The position numbers and the translations under genes were made by a program. A model generated the notes under the pieces. It was not told where the DNA came from and ran no database searches. It worked only from the letters and a program-made list of their open reading frames with translations. A DNA stretch of 64,000 bases. Origin: Eledone cirrhosa. Lineage: Eukaryota. Below are positions 42,630 through 57,900 of this stretch, piece by piece. The stretch is from positions 92,752,001-92,816,000 of the forward strand of contig OZ024744.1 of the NCBI GenBank assembly GCA_964016885.1, read 5' to 3'. The stretch's first letter is position 1; each line of letters starts with the position of its first letter.

Positions 42630-42745
42630 CATGGCTTAGTGGTTAGAGAGTTGGATTCACAAATGTGAGGTTTTAAGTTCAATTCCCAGGTCAGGCGATG
42701 CATTGTGTCCTTGAGCAAAACACTTTATTTGCAATGCTCCTTCTG
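42630..42745 (+). mobile_element. Older SINE head fragment
   Basis: tggcttagtggttagag..gttcaattccc..ccttgagcaaaacacttta. Confidence 0.7.
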
Positions 42746-42919
42746 CCAGGAGATGCAATCAATAATCATCATCATCATTGTTTAACGTCTTTCTTCCGTG
42801 CTAATACCGGTAGTATTAGAAATTTGAAAAACCAATGGAAACATTGTTCCTTGGTCTCATCTGACAATTTCCACCTCACTTGGTAAGCGAATGAGGTTTG
42901 GGATCTTGACAGAGTTGGC

Positions 42920-45900
42920 CTCTTTGTATCAACCTCTTCGTATCAACCTCTTCGTATCACCCTCTTGGTATCATGTTCTTGGTATCAGCCTCTTGGTATC
43001 AACCTCTTGGTATCAACCTCTTGGTATCAGCTTCTTGGTATCAGGTTCTTGGTATCAGCCTCTTGGTATCAACCTCTTGGTATCAACCTCTTGGTATCAG
43101 GTTCTTGGTATCAGGTTCTTGGTATCAGCCTCTTGGTATCAACCTCTTGGTATCAACCTCTTGGTATCAGCCTCTTGGTATCAGGTTCTTGGTATCAGGT
43201 TCTTGGTATCAGGTTCTTGGTATCAGCCTCTTGGTATCAACCTCTTGGTATCAACCTCTTGGTATCAGCCTCTTGGTATCAGGTTCTTGGTATCAGGTTC
43301 TTGGTATCAGCCTCTTGGGATCAACCTCTTGGCATCAGCCTCTTGGTATCAGCCACTTGGTATCAGCCTCTTGGTATCAGTCTATTGGTATCAGGCTCTT
43401 GGTATCGACCTCTTGGTATCGACCTCTTGGTATCAACCTCTTGGTAGCAGCTCTTGGTATCAGGTTCTTGGTATCAGTCTATTGGTATCAGGCTCTTGGT
43501 ATAACCCATTTGGTATCAGTTTCTTGATATCAACCTCTTGGTAGCAGCCTCTTGGTATCAACCTCTTGGTATCAGTCTCTTGATATCAACCTCTTGGTAT
43601 CAGCCTCTTGGTATCAGTCTATTGGTATCAGTCTCTAGGTATCAGTCTCTTGGTATCAGTCTCTTGGTATCAACCTCTTGGTATCAGCCTCTTGGTATCA
43701 ACCTCTTGGTATCAGTCTCTTGGTATCAACCTCTTGGTATCAGCCTCTTCGTATCTACCTCGTGCTATCAACCTCATGGTAGCAGCCTCTTGGTATCAAC
43801 CTCTTGGTATCAGTCTCTTGGTATCAGCCACTTGGTATAAACCTCTTGGTATCAGCCTCTTGGTATCTACCTCTTGGTATCAACCTCTTGGTATCAATCT
43901 CTTGGTATCAGTCTCTTGGTATCAGTCTCTTGGTATCAGTCTCTTGGTATCAGTCTCTTGGTATCAGTCTCTTGGTATCAGTGTCTTGGTATCAGTCTCT
44001 TGGTATCAGTCTCTTGGTATCAGTCTCTTGGTATCAGTCTCTTGGTATCAGTTTCTTGGTATCAGTTTCTTGGAATCAGTTTCTTGGTATCAACCTCTTG
44101 GTATCAACCTCTTGGTATCAGTCTCTTGGTATCAGTCTCTTGGTATCAGTCTCTTGGTATCAGTCTCTTGGTATCAGTCTCTTGGTATCAGTTTCTTGGT
44201 ATCAGTTTCTTGGTATCAACCTCTTGGTATCAACCTCTTGGTATCAGTCTCTTGGTATCAGTCTCTTGGTATCAGTCATTGGTATCGACCTCTTGGTATC
44301 AGCCACTTGGTATCAGCCTCTTGGTATCAGTCTATTGGTATCAGGCTCTTGGTATCGACCTCTTGGTATCGACCTCTTGGTATCAACCTCTTGGTAGCAG
44401 CTCTTGGTATCAGGTTCTTGGTATCAGTCTATTGGTATCAGGCTCTTGGTATAACCCATTTGGTATCAGTTTCTTGATATCAACCTCTTGGTAGCAGCCT
44501 CTTGGTATCAACCTCTTGGTATCAGTCTCTTGATATCAACCTCTTGGTATCAGCCTCTTGGTATCAGTCTATTGGTATCAGTCTCTAGGTATCAGTCTCT
44601 TGGTATCAGTCTCTTGGTATCAACCTCTTGGTATCAGCCTCTTGGTATCAACCTCTTGGTATCAGTCTCTTGGTATCAACCTCTTGGTATCAGCCTCTTC
44701 GTATCTACCTCGTGGTATCAACCTCATGGTAGCAGCCTCTTGGTATCAACCTCTTGGTATCAGTCTCTTGGTATCAGCCACTTGGTATAAACCTCTTGGT
44801 ATCAGCCTCTTGGTATCTACCTCTTGGTATCAACCTCTTGGTATCAATCTCTTGGTATCAGTCTCTTGGTATCAGTCTCTTGGTATCAGTCTCTTGGTAT
44901 CAGTCTCTTGGTATCAGTCTCTTGGTATCAGTGTCTTGGTATCAGTCTCTTGGTATCAGTCTCTTGGTATCAGTCTCTTGGTATCAGTCTCTTGGTATCA
45001 GTTTCTTGGTATCAGTTTCTTGGAATCAGTTTCTTGGTATCAACCTCTTGGTATCAACCTCTTGGTATCAGTCTCTTGGTATCAGTCTCTTGGTATCAGT
45101 CTCTTGGTATCAGTCTCTTGGTATCAGTCTCTTGGTATCAGTCTCTTGGTATCAGTCTCTTGGTATCAGTTTCTTGGTATCAGTTTCTTGGTATCAACCT
45201 CTTGGTATCAACCTCTTGGTATCAGTCTCTTGGTATCAGTCTCTTGGTATCAGTCATTGGTATCGACCTCTTGGTATCAGCCTCTTGGTATCAACATCTT
45301 GGTATCAGTCTCTTGGTATCAGTCTCTTGGTATCAGTCTCTTGGTATCAGCCTCTTGGTATCAGTCTCTTGGTATCAGTCTCTTGGTATCAGTCTCTTTG
45401 TATCAGTCTCATGGTATTAGTCTCTTGGTATCAGTCACTTGGTATCAGTCTCTTGGTATCAACCTCTTGGTATCAGTCTCTTGGTATCAGTCTCTTGGTA
45501 TCAACCTCTTGGTATCAGTCTCTTGGTATCAGTCTCTTGGTATCAGTCTCTTGGTAGCAGCCTCTTGGTATCAAACTCTTGGTATCAGTCTCTTGGTATC
45601 AGCCACTTGGTATCAACCTCTTGGTATCAGCCTCTTGGTATCTACCTCTTGGTATCAACCTCTTGGTATCAGTCTCTTGGTATCAGTCTCTTGGTATCAG
45701 TCTGTTGGTATCAGTCTGTTGGTATCAGTCTCTTGGGATCAGTCTCTTGGTATCAACCTCTTGGTATCAGTCTCTTGGTATCAGTCTCTTGGTATCAATC
45801 TCTTGGTATCAGTCTCTTGGTATCAGTCTCTTGGTATCAGTCTCTTGGTATCAGTCTCTTGGTATCAGGTTCTTGGTATCAGGTTCTTGGTATCAGCCTC

Positions 45901-48900
45901 TTGGTATCAACCTCTTGGCATCAGCCTCTTGGTATCAGCCACTTTGTATCAGCCTCTTGGTATCAGTATATTGGTATCAGGCTCTTGGTATCGACCTCTT
46001 GGTATTGACCTCTTAGTATCAACCTCTTGGTAGCAGCCTCTTGGTATCAGGTTCTTGGTATCAGTCTATTGGTATCAATCTCTTGGTATAACCCATTTGG
46101 TATCAGTCTCTTGGTATTAACCTCTTGGTATCAGCCTCTTGGTATCAACCTCTTGGTATCAGTCTCTTCGTATAAACCTCTTGGTATCAACCTCATGGTA
46201 GCAGCCTCTTGGTATCAACCTCTTGGTATCAGTCTCTTGGTATCAGCCACTTGGTATCGATCTCTTGGCATCAGCGTCTTGGTATCTACCTCTTGGTATC
46301 AGTCTCTTGGTATCAGTCTCTTGGAATCAGTCTCTTGGTATCAGTCTCTTGGTATCAGTCTCTTGGTATCAGTCTCTTGGAATCAGTCTCTTGGTATCAG
46401 TCTCTTGGTATCAGTCTCTTGGTATCAGTCTCTTGGTATCAGTCTCTTGGTATCAGTCTCTTGGTATCAACCTCTTAGTATCAGTCTCTTGGTATCAGTC
46501 TCTTGGTATCAGTCATTGGTATCGACCTCTTGGTATCAGCCTCTTGGTATCAACCTCTTGGTATCAGTCTCTTGGTATCAGTCTCTTGGTATCAGTCTCT
46601 TGGTATCAACCTCTTGGTATCAGTCTCTTGGTATCAGTCTCTTGGTATCAGTCTCTTGGTATCAGTCTCTTGGTTTCAGCCTCTTGGTATCAGTCTCTTG
46701 GTATCAGTCTCTTGGTATCAGTCTCTTGGTATCAGTCTCTTGGTATCAACCTCTTGGTATCAGTCTCTTGGTATCAGTCTCTTGGTATCAACCTCTTGGT
46801 ATCAGTCTCTTGGTATCAGTCTCTTGGTATCAGTTTCTTGGTATCAGTTTCTTGGTATCAACCTCTTGGTATCAACCTCTTGGTATCAGTCTCTTGGTAT
46901 CAGTCTCTTGGTATCAGTCATTGGTATCGACCTCTTGGTATCAGCCTCTTGGTATCAACATCTTGGTATCAGTCTCTTCGTATCAGTCTCTTGGTATCAG
47001 TCTCTTGGTATCAGCCTCTTGGTATCAGTCTCTTGGTATCAGTCTCTTGGTATCAGTCTCTTTGTATCAGTCTCATGGTATCAGTCTCTTGGTATCAGTC
47101 ACTTGGTATCAGTCTCTTGGTATCAACCTCTTGGTATCAGTCTCTTGGTATCAGTCTCTTGGTATCAACCTCTTGGTATCAGTCTCTTGGTATCAGTCTC
47201 TTGGTATCAGTCTCTTGGTAGCAGCCTCTTGGTATCAAACTCTTGGTATCAGTCTCTTGGTATCAGCCACTTGGTATCAGCCTCTTGGTATCTACCTCTT
47301 GGTATCAACCTCTTGGTATCAGTCTCTTGGTATCAGTCTCTTGGTATCAGTCTCTTGGTATCAGTCTCTTGGTATCAGTCTCTTGGTATCAGTCTGTTGG
47401 TATCAGTCTCTTGGGATCAGTCTCTTGGTATCAACCTCTTGGTATCAGTCTCTTGGTATCAGTCTCTTGGTATCAGTCTCTTGGTATCAGTCTCTTGGTA
47501 TCAGTCTCTTGGTATCAGTCTCTTGGTATCAGCCTCTTGGTATCAGTCTCTTGGTATCAGTCTCTTGGTATCAGTCTCTTGGTATCTGTCTCTTGGTATC
47601 AGTCTCTTGGTATCAACATCTTGGTATCAGTCTCTTGGTATCAGTCTCTTGGTATCAGTCTCTTGGTATCAACCTCTTGGTATCAGTCTCTTGGTATCAG
47701 TCTCTTGGTATCAGTCTCTTGGTATCAGTCTCTTGGTATCGACCTCTTGGTATCAGCCTCTTGGTATCAACCTCTTGGTATCAACCTCTTGGTATCAGCC
47801 TCTTGGTATCAGGTTCTTGGTATCAGGTTCTTGGTATCAGCCTCTTGGTATCAACCTCTTGGCATCAGCCTCTTGGTATCAGCCACTTTGTATCAGCCTC
47901 TTGGTATCAGTATATTGGTATCAGGCTCTTGGTATCGACCTCTTGGTATTGACCTCTTAGTATCAACCTCTTGGTAGCAGCCTCTTGGTATCAGGTTCTT
48001 GGTATCAGTCTATTGGTATCAATCTCTTGGTATAACCCATTTGGTATCAGTCTCTTGGTATTAACCTCTTGGTATCAGCCTCTTGGTATCAACCTCTTGG
48101 TATCAGTCTCTTCGTATAAACCTCTTGGTATCAACCTCATGGTAGCAGTCTCTTGGTGTCAGTCTCTTGGTATCAGTCTCTTGGTATCAGCCACTTGGTA
48201 TCAATCTCTTGGTATCAGCCTCTTGGTATCTACCTCTTGGTATCAGTCTCTTGGTATCAGTCTCTTGGAATCAGTCTCTTGGTATCAGTCTCTTGGTATC
48301 AGTCTCTTGGTATCAGTCTCTTGGTATCAGTCTCTTGGTATCAGTCTCTTGGTATCAGTCTCTTGGTATCAACCTCTTCGTATCGGTCTCTTGGTATCAG
48401 TCTCTTGGTATCAGTCATTGGTATCGACCTCTTGGTATCAGCCTCTTGGTATCAACCTCTTGGTATCAGTCTCTTGGTATCAGTCTCTTGGTATCAGTCT
48501 CTTGGTATCAACCTCTTGGTATCAGTCTCTTGGTATCAGTCTCTTGGTATCAGTCTCTTGGTATCAGTCTCTTAGTTTCAGCCTCTTGGTATCAGTCTCT
48601 TGGTATCAGTCTCTTGGTATCAGTCTCTTGGTATCAGTCTCTTGGTATCAACCTCTTGGTATCAGTCTCTTGGTATCAGTCTCTTGGTATCAACCTCTTG
48701 GTATCAGTCTCTTGCTATCAGTCTCTTGGTATCAGTCTCTTGGTATCAGTCTCTTGGTATCAGTCTCTTGGTATCAGTCTCTTGGTATCAATCTCTTGGT
48801 ATCAGTCTCTTGGTATCAGTCTCTTGGTATCAGTCTCTTGGTATCAGTCTCTTGGTATCAACCTCTTGGTATCAGTCTCTTGGTATCAGTCTCTTGCTAT

Positions 48901-51900
48901 CAGTCTCTTGGTATCAGTCTCTTGGTACCAGCCATTTAGTATCAACCTCTTGGTATCAGCCTCTTGGTATCAACCTCTTGGTATCAGTCTCTTGGTATCA
49001 ACCTCTTGGTATCAGCCTCTTCATATCTACCTCTTGGTATCAACCTCATGGTAGCAGCCTCTTGGTATCAACCTCTTGGTATCGGTCTCTTGGTATCAGC
49101 CACTTGGTATCAACCTCTTGGTATCAGCCTCTTGGTATCTACCTCTAGGTATCAGCCTCTTGGTATCAGTCTCTTGGTATCAATCTCTTGGTATCAGTCT
49201 CTTGGTATCAGTCTCTTGGTATCAGTCTCTTGGTATCAGTCTCTTGGTTTCAACCTCTTGGTATCAGTCTCTTGGTATCAGTCTCTTGGTATCAGTCTCT
49301 TGGTATCAGTCTCTTGGTATCAGTCTCTTGGTATCAACCTCTTGGTATCAGTCTCTTGGTATCAGTCTCTTGGTATCAACCTCTTGGTATCAGTCTCTTG
49401 GTATCAGTCTCTTGGTATCAGTCTCTTGGTATCAGTCTCTTGGTATCAGCCTCTTGGTATCAGTCTCTTGGTATCAGTCTCTTGGTATCAGTCTCTTGGT
49501 ATCAGTCTCTTGGTATCAATCTCTTGGTATCAGTCTCTTGGTATCAGTCTCTTGATATCAACCTCTTGGTATCAGCCTCTTGGTATCAGTCTATTGGTAT
49601 CAGTCTATTGGTATCAGTCTCTTGGTATCAGTCTCTTGGTATGAGTCTATTGGTATCAACTTCTTGGTATCAGCCTCTTGGTATCAACCTCTTGGTATCA
49701 GTCTCTTGGTATCAACCTCTTCGTATCAGCCTCTTTGTATCTACCTCTTGGTATCACCCTCTTGGTAGCAGCCTCTTGGTATCAACCTCTTGGTATCAGT
49801 CTCTTGGTATCAGCCACTTGGTATCAAACTATTGGTATCAGTCTCTTGGTATCAGTCTCTTGGTATCAGTCTCTTGGTATCAAACTCTTGGTATCAGTCT
49901 CTTGGTATCAACCTCTTGGTATCAGCCTCTTGGTATCTACCTCTTGGTATCAACCTCTTGGTAGCAGCCTCTTGGTATCAGTCTCTTGGTATCAACCTCT
50001 TGGTATCAGTCTCTTGGTATCAGTCTCTTGGTATCAGTCTCTTGGTATCAGTCCCTTGGTATCAACCTCTTGGTATCAGTCTCTTAGTATCAGTTTCTTG
50101 GTATCAATCTCTTGGTATCAACCTCTTGGTATCAGTCTCTTGGTATCAACCTCTTGGTATCAGCCTCTTGGTATCTACCTCTTGGTATCAACCTCTTGGT
50201 AGCAGCCTCTTGGTATCAGTCTCTTCGTATCAACCTCTTGGTATCAGTCTCTTGGTATCAGTCTCTTGGTATCAGTCTCTTGGTTTCAACCTCTTGGTGT
50301 CAGTCTCTTGGTATCAACCTCTTGGTATCAGGCTCTTGGTATCTACCTCTTGGTATCAATCTCTTGGTAGCAGCCTCTTGGTATCAGTCTCTTGGTATCA
50401 ACCTCTTGGTATAAGTCTCTTGGTATCAGTCTCTTGGTATCAGTCTCTTGGTATCAACCTTTTGGAATCAGTCTCTTGGTATCAGTCTCTTGGTATAGGT
50501 CTCTTGGTATCAGTCTCTTGGTATCAACCTCTTGGTATCAGTCTCTTGGTATCAGTCTCTTGGTATCAATCTCTTGGTATCAGTCTCTTGGTATCGACCT
50601 CGTGGTATCAGCCTCTTGGTATCACCCTCTTGGTATCAGCTTCTTGGTATCAGGTTCTTGGTATCAGCCTCTTGGTATCAACCTCTTGGTATCAACCTCT
50701 TTGTATCAGCCTCTTGGTATCAGGTTCTTGGTATCAGCCTGTTGGTATCAACCTCTTGGTATCAGGTTCTTGGTATCAGGTTCTTGGTATCAGGTTCTTG
50801 GTATCAGCCTCTTGGTATCAACCTCTTGGTATCAACCTCTTGGTATCAGCCTCTTGGTATCAGGTTCTTGGTATCAGGTTCTTGGTATCAGGTTCTTGGT
50901 ATCAGCCTCTTGGGATCAACCTCTTGGAATCAGCCTGTTGGTATCAGCCACTTGGTATCAGCCTCTTGGTATCAGTCTATTGGTATCAGGCTCTTGGTAT
51001 CGACCTCTTGGTATCGACCTCTTGGTATCAACCTCTTGGTAGCAGCCTCTTGGTATCAGGTTCTTGGTATCAGTCTATTGGTATCAGGCTCTTGGTATAA
51101 CCCATTTGGTATCAGTCTCTTGATATCAACCTCTTGGTAGCAGCCTCTTGGTATCAACCTCTTGGTATCAGTCTCTTGATATCAACCTCTTTGTATCAGC
51201 CTCTTGGTATCAGTCTATTGGTATCAACCTCATGGTAGCAGCCTCTTGGTATGAACCTCTTGGTATCAGTCTCTTGGTATCAGCCACTTGGTATCTACCT
51301 CTTGGTATCAACCTCTTGGTATCAGTCTCTTGGTATCAGTCTCTTGGTATCAGTCTCTTGGTATCAGTCTCTTGGTATCAGTCTCTTGGTATCAGTTTCT
51401 TGGTATCAGTCTCTTGGTATCAGTCTCTTGGTATAAACCTCTTGGTATCAGTCTCTTGGTATCAGTCTCTTGGTATCAGTCTCTTGGTATCAGTCTCTTG
51501 GTATCAGTCTCTTGGTATCAGTCATTGGTATCGACCTCTTGGTATCAGCCTCTTGGTATCAACCTCTTGGTATCAGTCTCTTGGTATCAGTCTCTTGGTA
51601 TCAGTCTCTTGGTATCAGCCTCTTGGTATCAGTCTCTTGGTATCAGTCTCTTGGTATCAGTCTCTTGGTATCAGTCTCTTGGTATCAGTCTCTTGGTATC
51701 AGTCTCTTGGTATCAGTCTCTTGGTATCAGTCTCTTGGTATCAGTCTCTTGGTATCAGCCTCTTGGTATCAGTCTCTTGGTATCAGTCTCTTGGTATCAG
51801 TCTCTTGGTATCAGTCTCTTGGTATCAGTCTCTTGGTATCAGTCTCTTGGTATCAACCTCTTGGTATCAACCTCTTGGTATCAGTCTCTTGGTATCAGTC

Positions 51901-54900
51901 TCTTGGTATCAGTCTCTTGGTATCAGTCTCTTGGTATCAGTCTCTTGGTATCAGTCATTGGTATCGACCTTTTGGTATCAGCCACTTGGTATCAACCTCT
52001 TGGTATCAGTCTCTTGGTATCAGTCTCTTGGTATCAGTCTCTTGGTATCAGCCTCTTGGTATCAGTCTCTTGGTATCAGTCTCTTGGTATCAGTCTCTTG
52101 GTATCAGTCTCTTGGTATCAGTCTCTTGGTATCAACCCCTTGGTATCAGTCTCTTGGTATCAGTCTCTTGGTATCAGTCTCTTGGTATCAGTCTCTTGGT
52201 ATCAGCCTCTTGGTATCAACCTCTTGGTATCAGTCTCTTGGTATCAGTCTCTTGGTATCAGTCTCTTGGTATCAACCTCTTGGTATCAGTCTCTTGGTAT
52301 CAGTCTCTTGGTATCAGTCTCTTGGTATCAGTCTCTTGGTATCAGTCTCTTGGTATCAGTCTCTTGGTATCACTCTCTTGGTATCAGTCTCTTGGTATCA
52401 ACCTCTTGGTATCAGTCTATTGGTATCAGGCTCTTGGTATCGACCTCTTGGTATCGACCTCTTGGTATCAACCTCTTGGTAGCAGCCTCTTGGTATCAGG
52501 TTCTTGGTATCAGTCTATTGGTATCAATCTCTTGGTATAACCCATTTTGTATCAGTCTCTTGGTATCAACCTCTTGGTATCAGCCTCTTGGTATCAACCT
52601 CTTGGTATCAGTCTCTTGGTATCAACCTCTTGGTATCAGCCTCTTGGTATCTACCTCTTGGTATCAATCTCATGGTAGCAGCCTCTTGGTATCAACCTCT
52701 TGGTATCTACCTCTTGGTATCAGCCACTTGGTATCAACCTCTTGGTATCAGCCTCTTGGTATCTACCTCTTGGTATCAGTCTCTTGGTATCAGTCTCTTG
52801 GTATCAGTCTCTTGGTATCAGTCTCTTGGTATCAGTCTCTTGGTATCAGTCTCTTGGTATTAACTTCTTGGTATCTACCTCTTGGTATCAACCTCTTGGT
52901 AGCAGCCTCTTGGTATCAGTCTCTTGGTATCAGTCTCTTGGTATCAACCCCTTGGTATCAGTCTCTTGGTATCAGTCTCTTGGTATCAGTCTCTTGGTAT
53001 CAACCTCTTGGTATCAGTCTCTTGGTATCAGTCTCTTGGTATCAGTCTCTTGGTATCAGTCTCTTGGTATCAGTCTCTTGGTATCAACCTCTTGGTATCA
53101 GCCTCTTGGTATCTACCTCTTGGTATCAACTTCTTGGTAGCAGCCTCTTGGTATCAGTCTCTGGGTATCAACCTCTTGGTATCAGTCTCTTGGTATCAGT
53201 CTCTTGGTATCAGTCTCTTGGTATCAGTCTCTTGGTATCAGTCTCTTGGTATCAACCTCTTGGAATCAAGCTCTTGGTATCAGTCCCTTGGTATCAGTCT
53301 CTTGGTATCAGTCTCTTGGTAAAAGTCTCTTGGTATCGGTCTCTTGGTATCAGTCTCTTGGTATCAGTCTCTTGGTATCAACCTCTTGGTATCATTCTCT
53401 TGGTATCAGTCTCTTGGTATCAGTCTCTTGGTATCAGTCTCTTGGTGTCAGTCTCTTGGTATCGACCTCTTGGCATCAGTCTCTTGGTATCAGTCTCTTG
53501 GTATCAACCTCTTGGTATCAGTCTTTTGGTATCAACATCTTGTTATCAGTCTCTTGGTATCAGTCTCTTGGTATCAGTCTCTTGGTATCAGTCTCTTGGT
53601 ATCAACCTCTTGGTATCATTCTCTTGGTATCAGTCTCTTGGTATCAGTCTCTTGGTATCAGTCTCTTGGTGTCAGTCTCTTGGTATCGACCTCTTGGTAT
53701 CAGCCTCTTGGTGTCAGTCTCTTGGTATCAGTCTCTTGGTATCAAGCTCTTGGTATCAGACTTTTGGTATCAGCCACTTGGTATCAACCTCTTGGTATCA
53801 ACCTCTTGGTATCAGTCTTTTGGTATCAGTCTCTTAGTATCAACCTCTTGGTATCAGTCTCTTGGTATCAACATCTTGGTATCAGCCTCTTGGTATCAGC
53901 CTCTTGGTATCAACCTCTTGGTATCAACCTCTTGGTATTAGCCTCTTGGTATCAGGTTCTTGGTATCAGGTTCTTGGTATCAGGTTCTTGGTATCAGGTT
54001 CTTGGTATCAGCCTCTTGGTATCAACCTCTTGGTATCAACCTCTTGGTATCAGCCTCTTGGTATCAGGTTCTTGGTATCAGGTTCTTGGTATCAGGTTCT
54101 TGGTATCAGCCTCTTGGGATCAACCTCTTGGAATCAGCCTCTTGGTATCAGCCACTTGGTATCAGCCTCTTGGTATCAGTCAATTGGCATCAGGCTCTTG
54201 GTATCGACCTCTTGGTATCGAACTCTTGGTATCAACCTCTTGGTAGCAGCCTCTTGGTATCAGGTTCTTGGTATAACCCATTTGGTATCAGTCTCTTGAT
54301 ATCAACCTCTTGGTAGCAGCCTCTTGGTATCAACTTCTTGGTATCAGCCTCTTGGTATCAACCTCTTGGTATCAGACTCTTGGTATCAGTCTCTTGGTAT
54401 CAGTCTCTTGGTATCAGTCTCTTGGTATCAACCTCTTGGTATCAGCCTCTTGGTATCAACCTCTTGGTATCAGTCTCTTGGCATCAACCTCTTCTTATCA
54501 GCCTCTTCGCATCTACCTCTTGGTATCAACCTCATGGTAGCAGCCTCTTGGTATGAACCTCTTGGTATCAGTCTCTTGGTATCAGCCACTTGGTATCTAC
54601 CTCTTGGTATCAACCTCTTGGTATCAGTCTCTTGGTATCAGTCTCTTGGTATCAGTCTCTTGGTATCAGTCTCTTGGTATCAGTCTCTTGGTATCAGTCT
54701 CTTGGTATCAGTTTCTTGGTATTAGTCTCTTGGTATCAGTCTCTTGGTATAAACCTCTTGGTATCATTCTCTTGGTATCAGTCTCTTGGTATCAGTCTCT
54801 TGGTATCAGTCATTGGTATCGAACTCTTGGTATCTGCCTCTTGGTATCAACCTCTTGGTATCAGTCTCTTGGTATCAGTCTCTTGGTATCAGCCTCTTGG

Positions 54901-57900
54901 TATCAGTCTCTTGGTATCAGTCTCTTGGTATCAGTCTCTTGGTATCAGTCTCTTGGTATCAACCTCTTGGTATCAGTCTCTTGGTATTAGTCTCTTGGTA
55001 TCAGTCTCTTGGTATCAGTCTCTTGGTATCAGTCTCTTGGTATCAGAATCTTGGTATCAGTCTCTTGGTATCAGTCTCTTGGTATCAGTCTCTTGGTATC
55101 AGTCTCTTGGTATCAGTCTCTTGGTATCAGTCTCTTGGTATCAGTCTCTTGGTATCACTCTCTTGGTATCAGTCTCTTGGTATCAACCTCTTGGTATCAG
55201 TCTATTGGTATCAGGCTCTTGGTATCGACCTCTTGGTATCGACCTCTTGGTATCAACCTCTTGGTAGCAGCCTCTTGGTAACAGGTTCTTGGTATCAGTC
55301 TATTGGTATCAATCTATTGGTATAACCCATTTTGTATCAGTCTCTTGGTATCAACCTCTTGGTATCAGCCTCTTCGTATCTACCTCTTGGTATCAACCTC
55401 ATGGTAGCAGCCTCTTGGTATCAACCTCTTGGTATCTACCTCTTGGTATCAGCCACTTGGTATCAACCTCTTGGTATCAGCCTCTTGGTATCTACCACTT
55501 GGTATCAGTCTCTTGGTATCTGTCTCTTGGTATCAGTCTCTTGGTATCAGTCTCTTGATATCAGTCTCTTGGTATCAACTTCTTGGTATCAGCCTCTTGG
55601 AATCAACCTCTTTGTATCAGTCTCTTGGTATCAACCTCTTCGTATCAGCCTCTTCGTATCTACCTCTTGGTATCAACCTCTTGGTAGCAGCCTCTTGGTA
55701 TCAACCTCTTGGTATCAGTCTCTTGGTATCAGCCACTTGGTATCAAACTCTTGGTATCAGTCTCTTGGTATCAGTCTCTTGGTATCAGTCTCTTGGTATC
55801 AACCTCTTGGTATCATTCTCTTGGTATCAACCTCTTGGTATCAGCCTCTTGGTATCTACCTCTTGGTAACAACCTCGTGGTAGCAGCCTCTTGGTATCAG
55901 TCTCTTGGTATCAACCTCTTGGTATCAACCTCTTGGTATCAGTCTCTTGGTATCAGTCTCTTGGTATCAGTCTCTTGGTATCAGTCTCTTGGTATCAGTC
56001 TATTGGTATCAGTCTCTTGGTATCAGTCATTGGTATCGACCTCTTGGTATCAGCCTCTTGGTATCAACCTCTTGGTATCAGTCTCTTGGTATCAGTCTCT
56101 TGGTATCAGTCTCTTGGTATCAGCCTCTTGGTATCAGTCTCTTGGTATCAGTCTCTTGGTATCAGTCTCTTGGTATCAGTCTCTTGGTATCAGTCTCTTG
56201 GTATCAGTCTCTTGGTATCAGTCTCTTGGTATCAGTCTCTTGGTATCAGCCTCTTGGTATCAGTCTCTTGGTATCAGTCTCTTGGTATCAGTCTCTTGGT
56301 ATCAGTCTCTTGGTATCAGTCTCTTGGTATCAGTCTCTTGGTATCAGTCTGTTGGTATCAGTCATTGGTATCGACCTCTTGGTATCAGCCACTTGGTATC
56401 AACCTCTTGGTATCAGTCTCTTGGTATCAGTCTCTTGGTATCAGTCTCTTGGTATCAGCCTCTTGGTATCAGTCTCTTGGTATCAGTCTCTTGGTATCAG
56501 TCTCTTGGTATCAGTCTCTTGGTATCAGTCTCTTGGTATCAACCCCTTGGTATCAGTCTCTTGGTATCAGTCTCTTGGTATCAGTCTCTTGGTATCAGTC
56601 TCTTGGTATCAGCCTCTTGGTATCAGTCTCTTGGTATCAGTCTCTTGGTATCAGTCTCTTGGTATCAGTCTCTTGGTATCAACCTCTTGGTATCAGTCTC
56701 TTGGTATCAGTCTCTTGGTATCAGTCTCTTGGTATCAGTCTCTTGGTATCAGTCTCTTGGTATCAGTCTCTTGGTATCACTCTCTTGGTATCAGTCTCTT
56801 GGTATCAACCTCTTGGTATCAGTCTATTGGTATCAGGCTCTTGGTATCGACCTCTTGGTATCGACCTCTTGGTATCAACCTCTTGGTAGCAGCCTCTTGG
56901 TATCAGGTTCTTGGTATCAGTCTATTGGTATCAATCTCTTGGTATAACCCATTTTGTATCAGTCTCTTGGTATCAACCTCTTGGTATCAGCCTCTTGGTG
57001 TCAACCTCTTGGTATCAGTCTCTTGGTATCAACCTCTTGGTATCAGCCTCTTCGTATCTACCTCTTGGTATCAACCTCATGGTAGCAGCCTCTTGGTATC
57101 AACCTCTTGGTATCTACCTCTTGGTATCAGCCACTTGGTATCAACCTCTTGGTATCAGCCTCTTGGTATCTACCTCTTGGTATCAGTCTCTTGGTATCAG
57201 TCTCTTGGTATCAGTCTCTTGGTATCAGTCTCTTGGTATCAGTCTCTTGGTATCAGTCTCTTGGTATCAGTCTCTTGGTATCAGTCTCTTGGTATCAGTC
57301 TCTTGGTATCAACCTCTTGGTATCAGTCTCTTGATATCAACCTCTTCGTATCAGCCTCTTCGTTTCTACCTCTTGGTATCAACCTCTTGGTAGCAGCCTC
57401 TTGGTATCAACCTATTGGTATCAGTCTCTTGGTATCAGCCACTTGGTATCAAACTCTTGGTATCAGTCTCTTGGTATCAGTCTCTTGGTATCAGTCTCTT
57501 GGTATCAACCTCTTGGTATCAGTCTCTTGGTATCAACCTCTTGGTATCAGCCTCTTGGTATCTACCTCTTGGTATCAACCTCTTGGTAGCAGCCTCTTGG
57601 TATCAGTCTCTTGGTATCAACCTCTTGGTATCAACCTCTTGGTATCAGTCTCTTGGTATCAGTCTCTTGGTATCAGTCTCTTGGTATCAACCTCTTGGTA
57701 TCAGTCTCTTGGTATCAGTCTCTTGGTATCAGTCTCTCGGTATCAGTCTCTTGGTATCAGTCTCTTGGTATCAACCTCTTGGTATCAGCCTCTTGGTATC
57801 TACCTCTTGGTATCAACTTCTTGGTAGCAGCCTCTTGGTATCAGTCTCTGGGTATCAACCTCTTGGTATCAGTCTCTTGGTATCAGTCTCTTGGTATCAG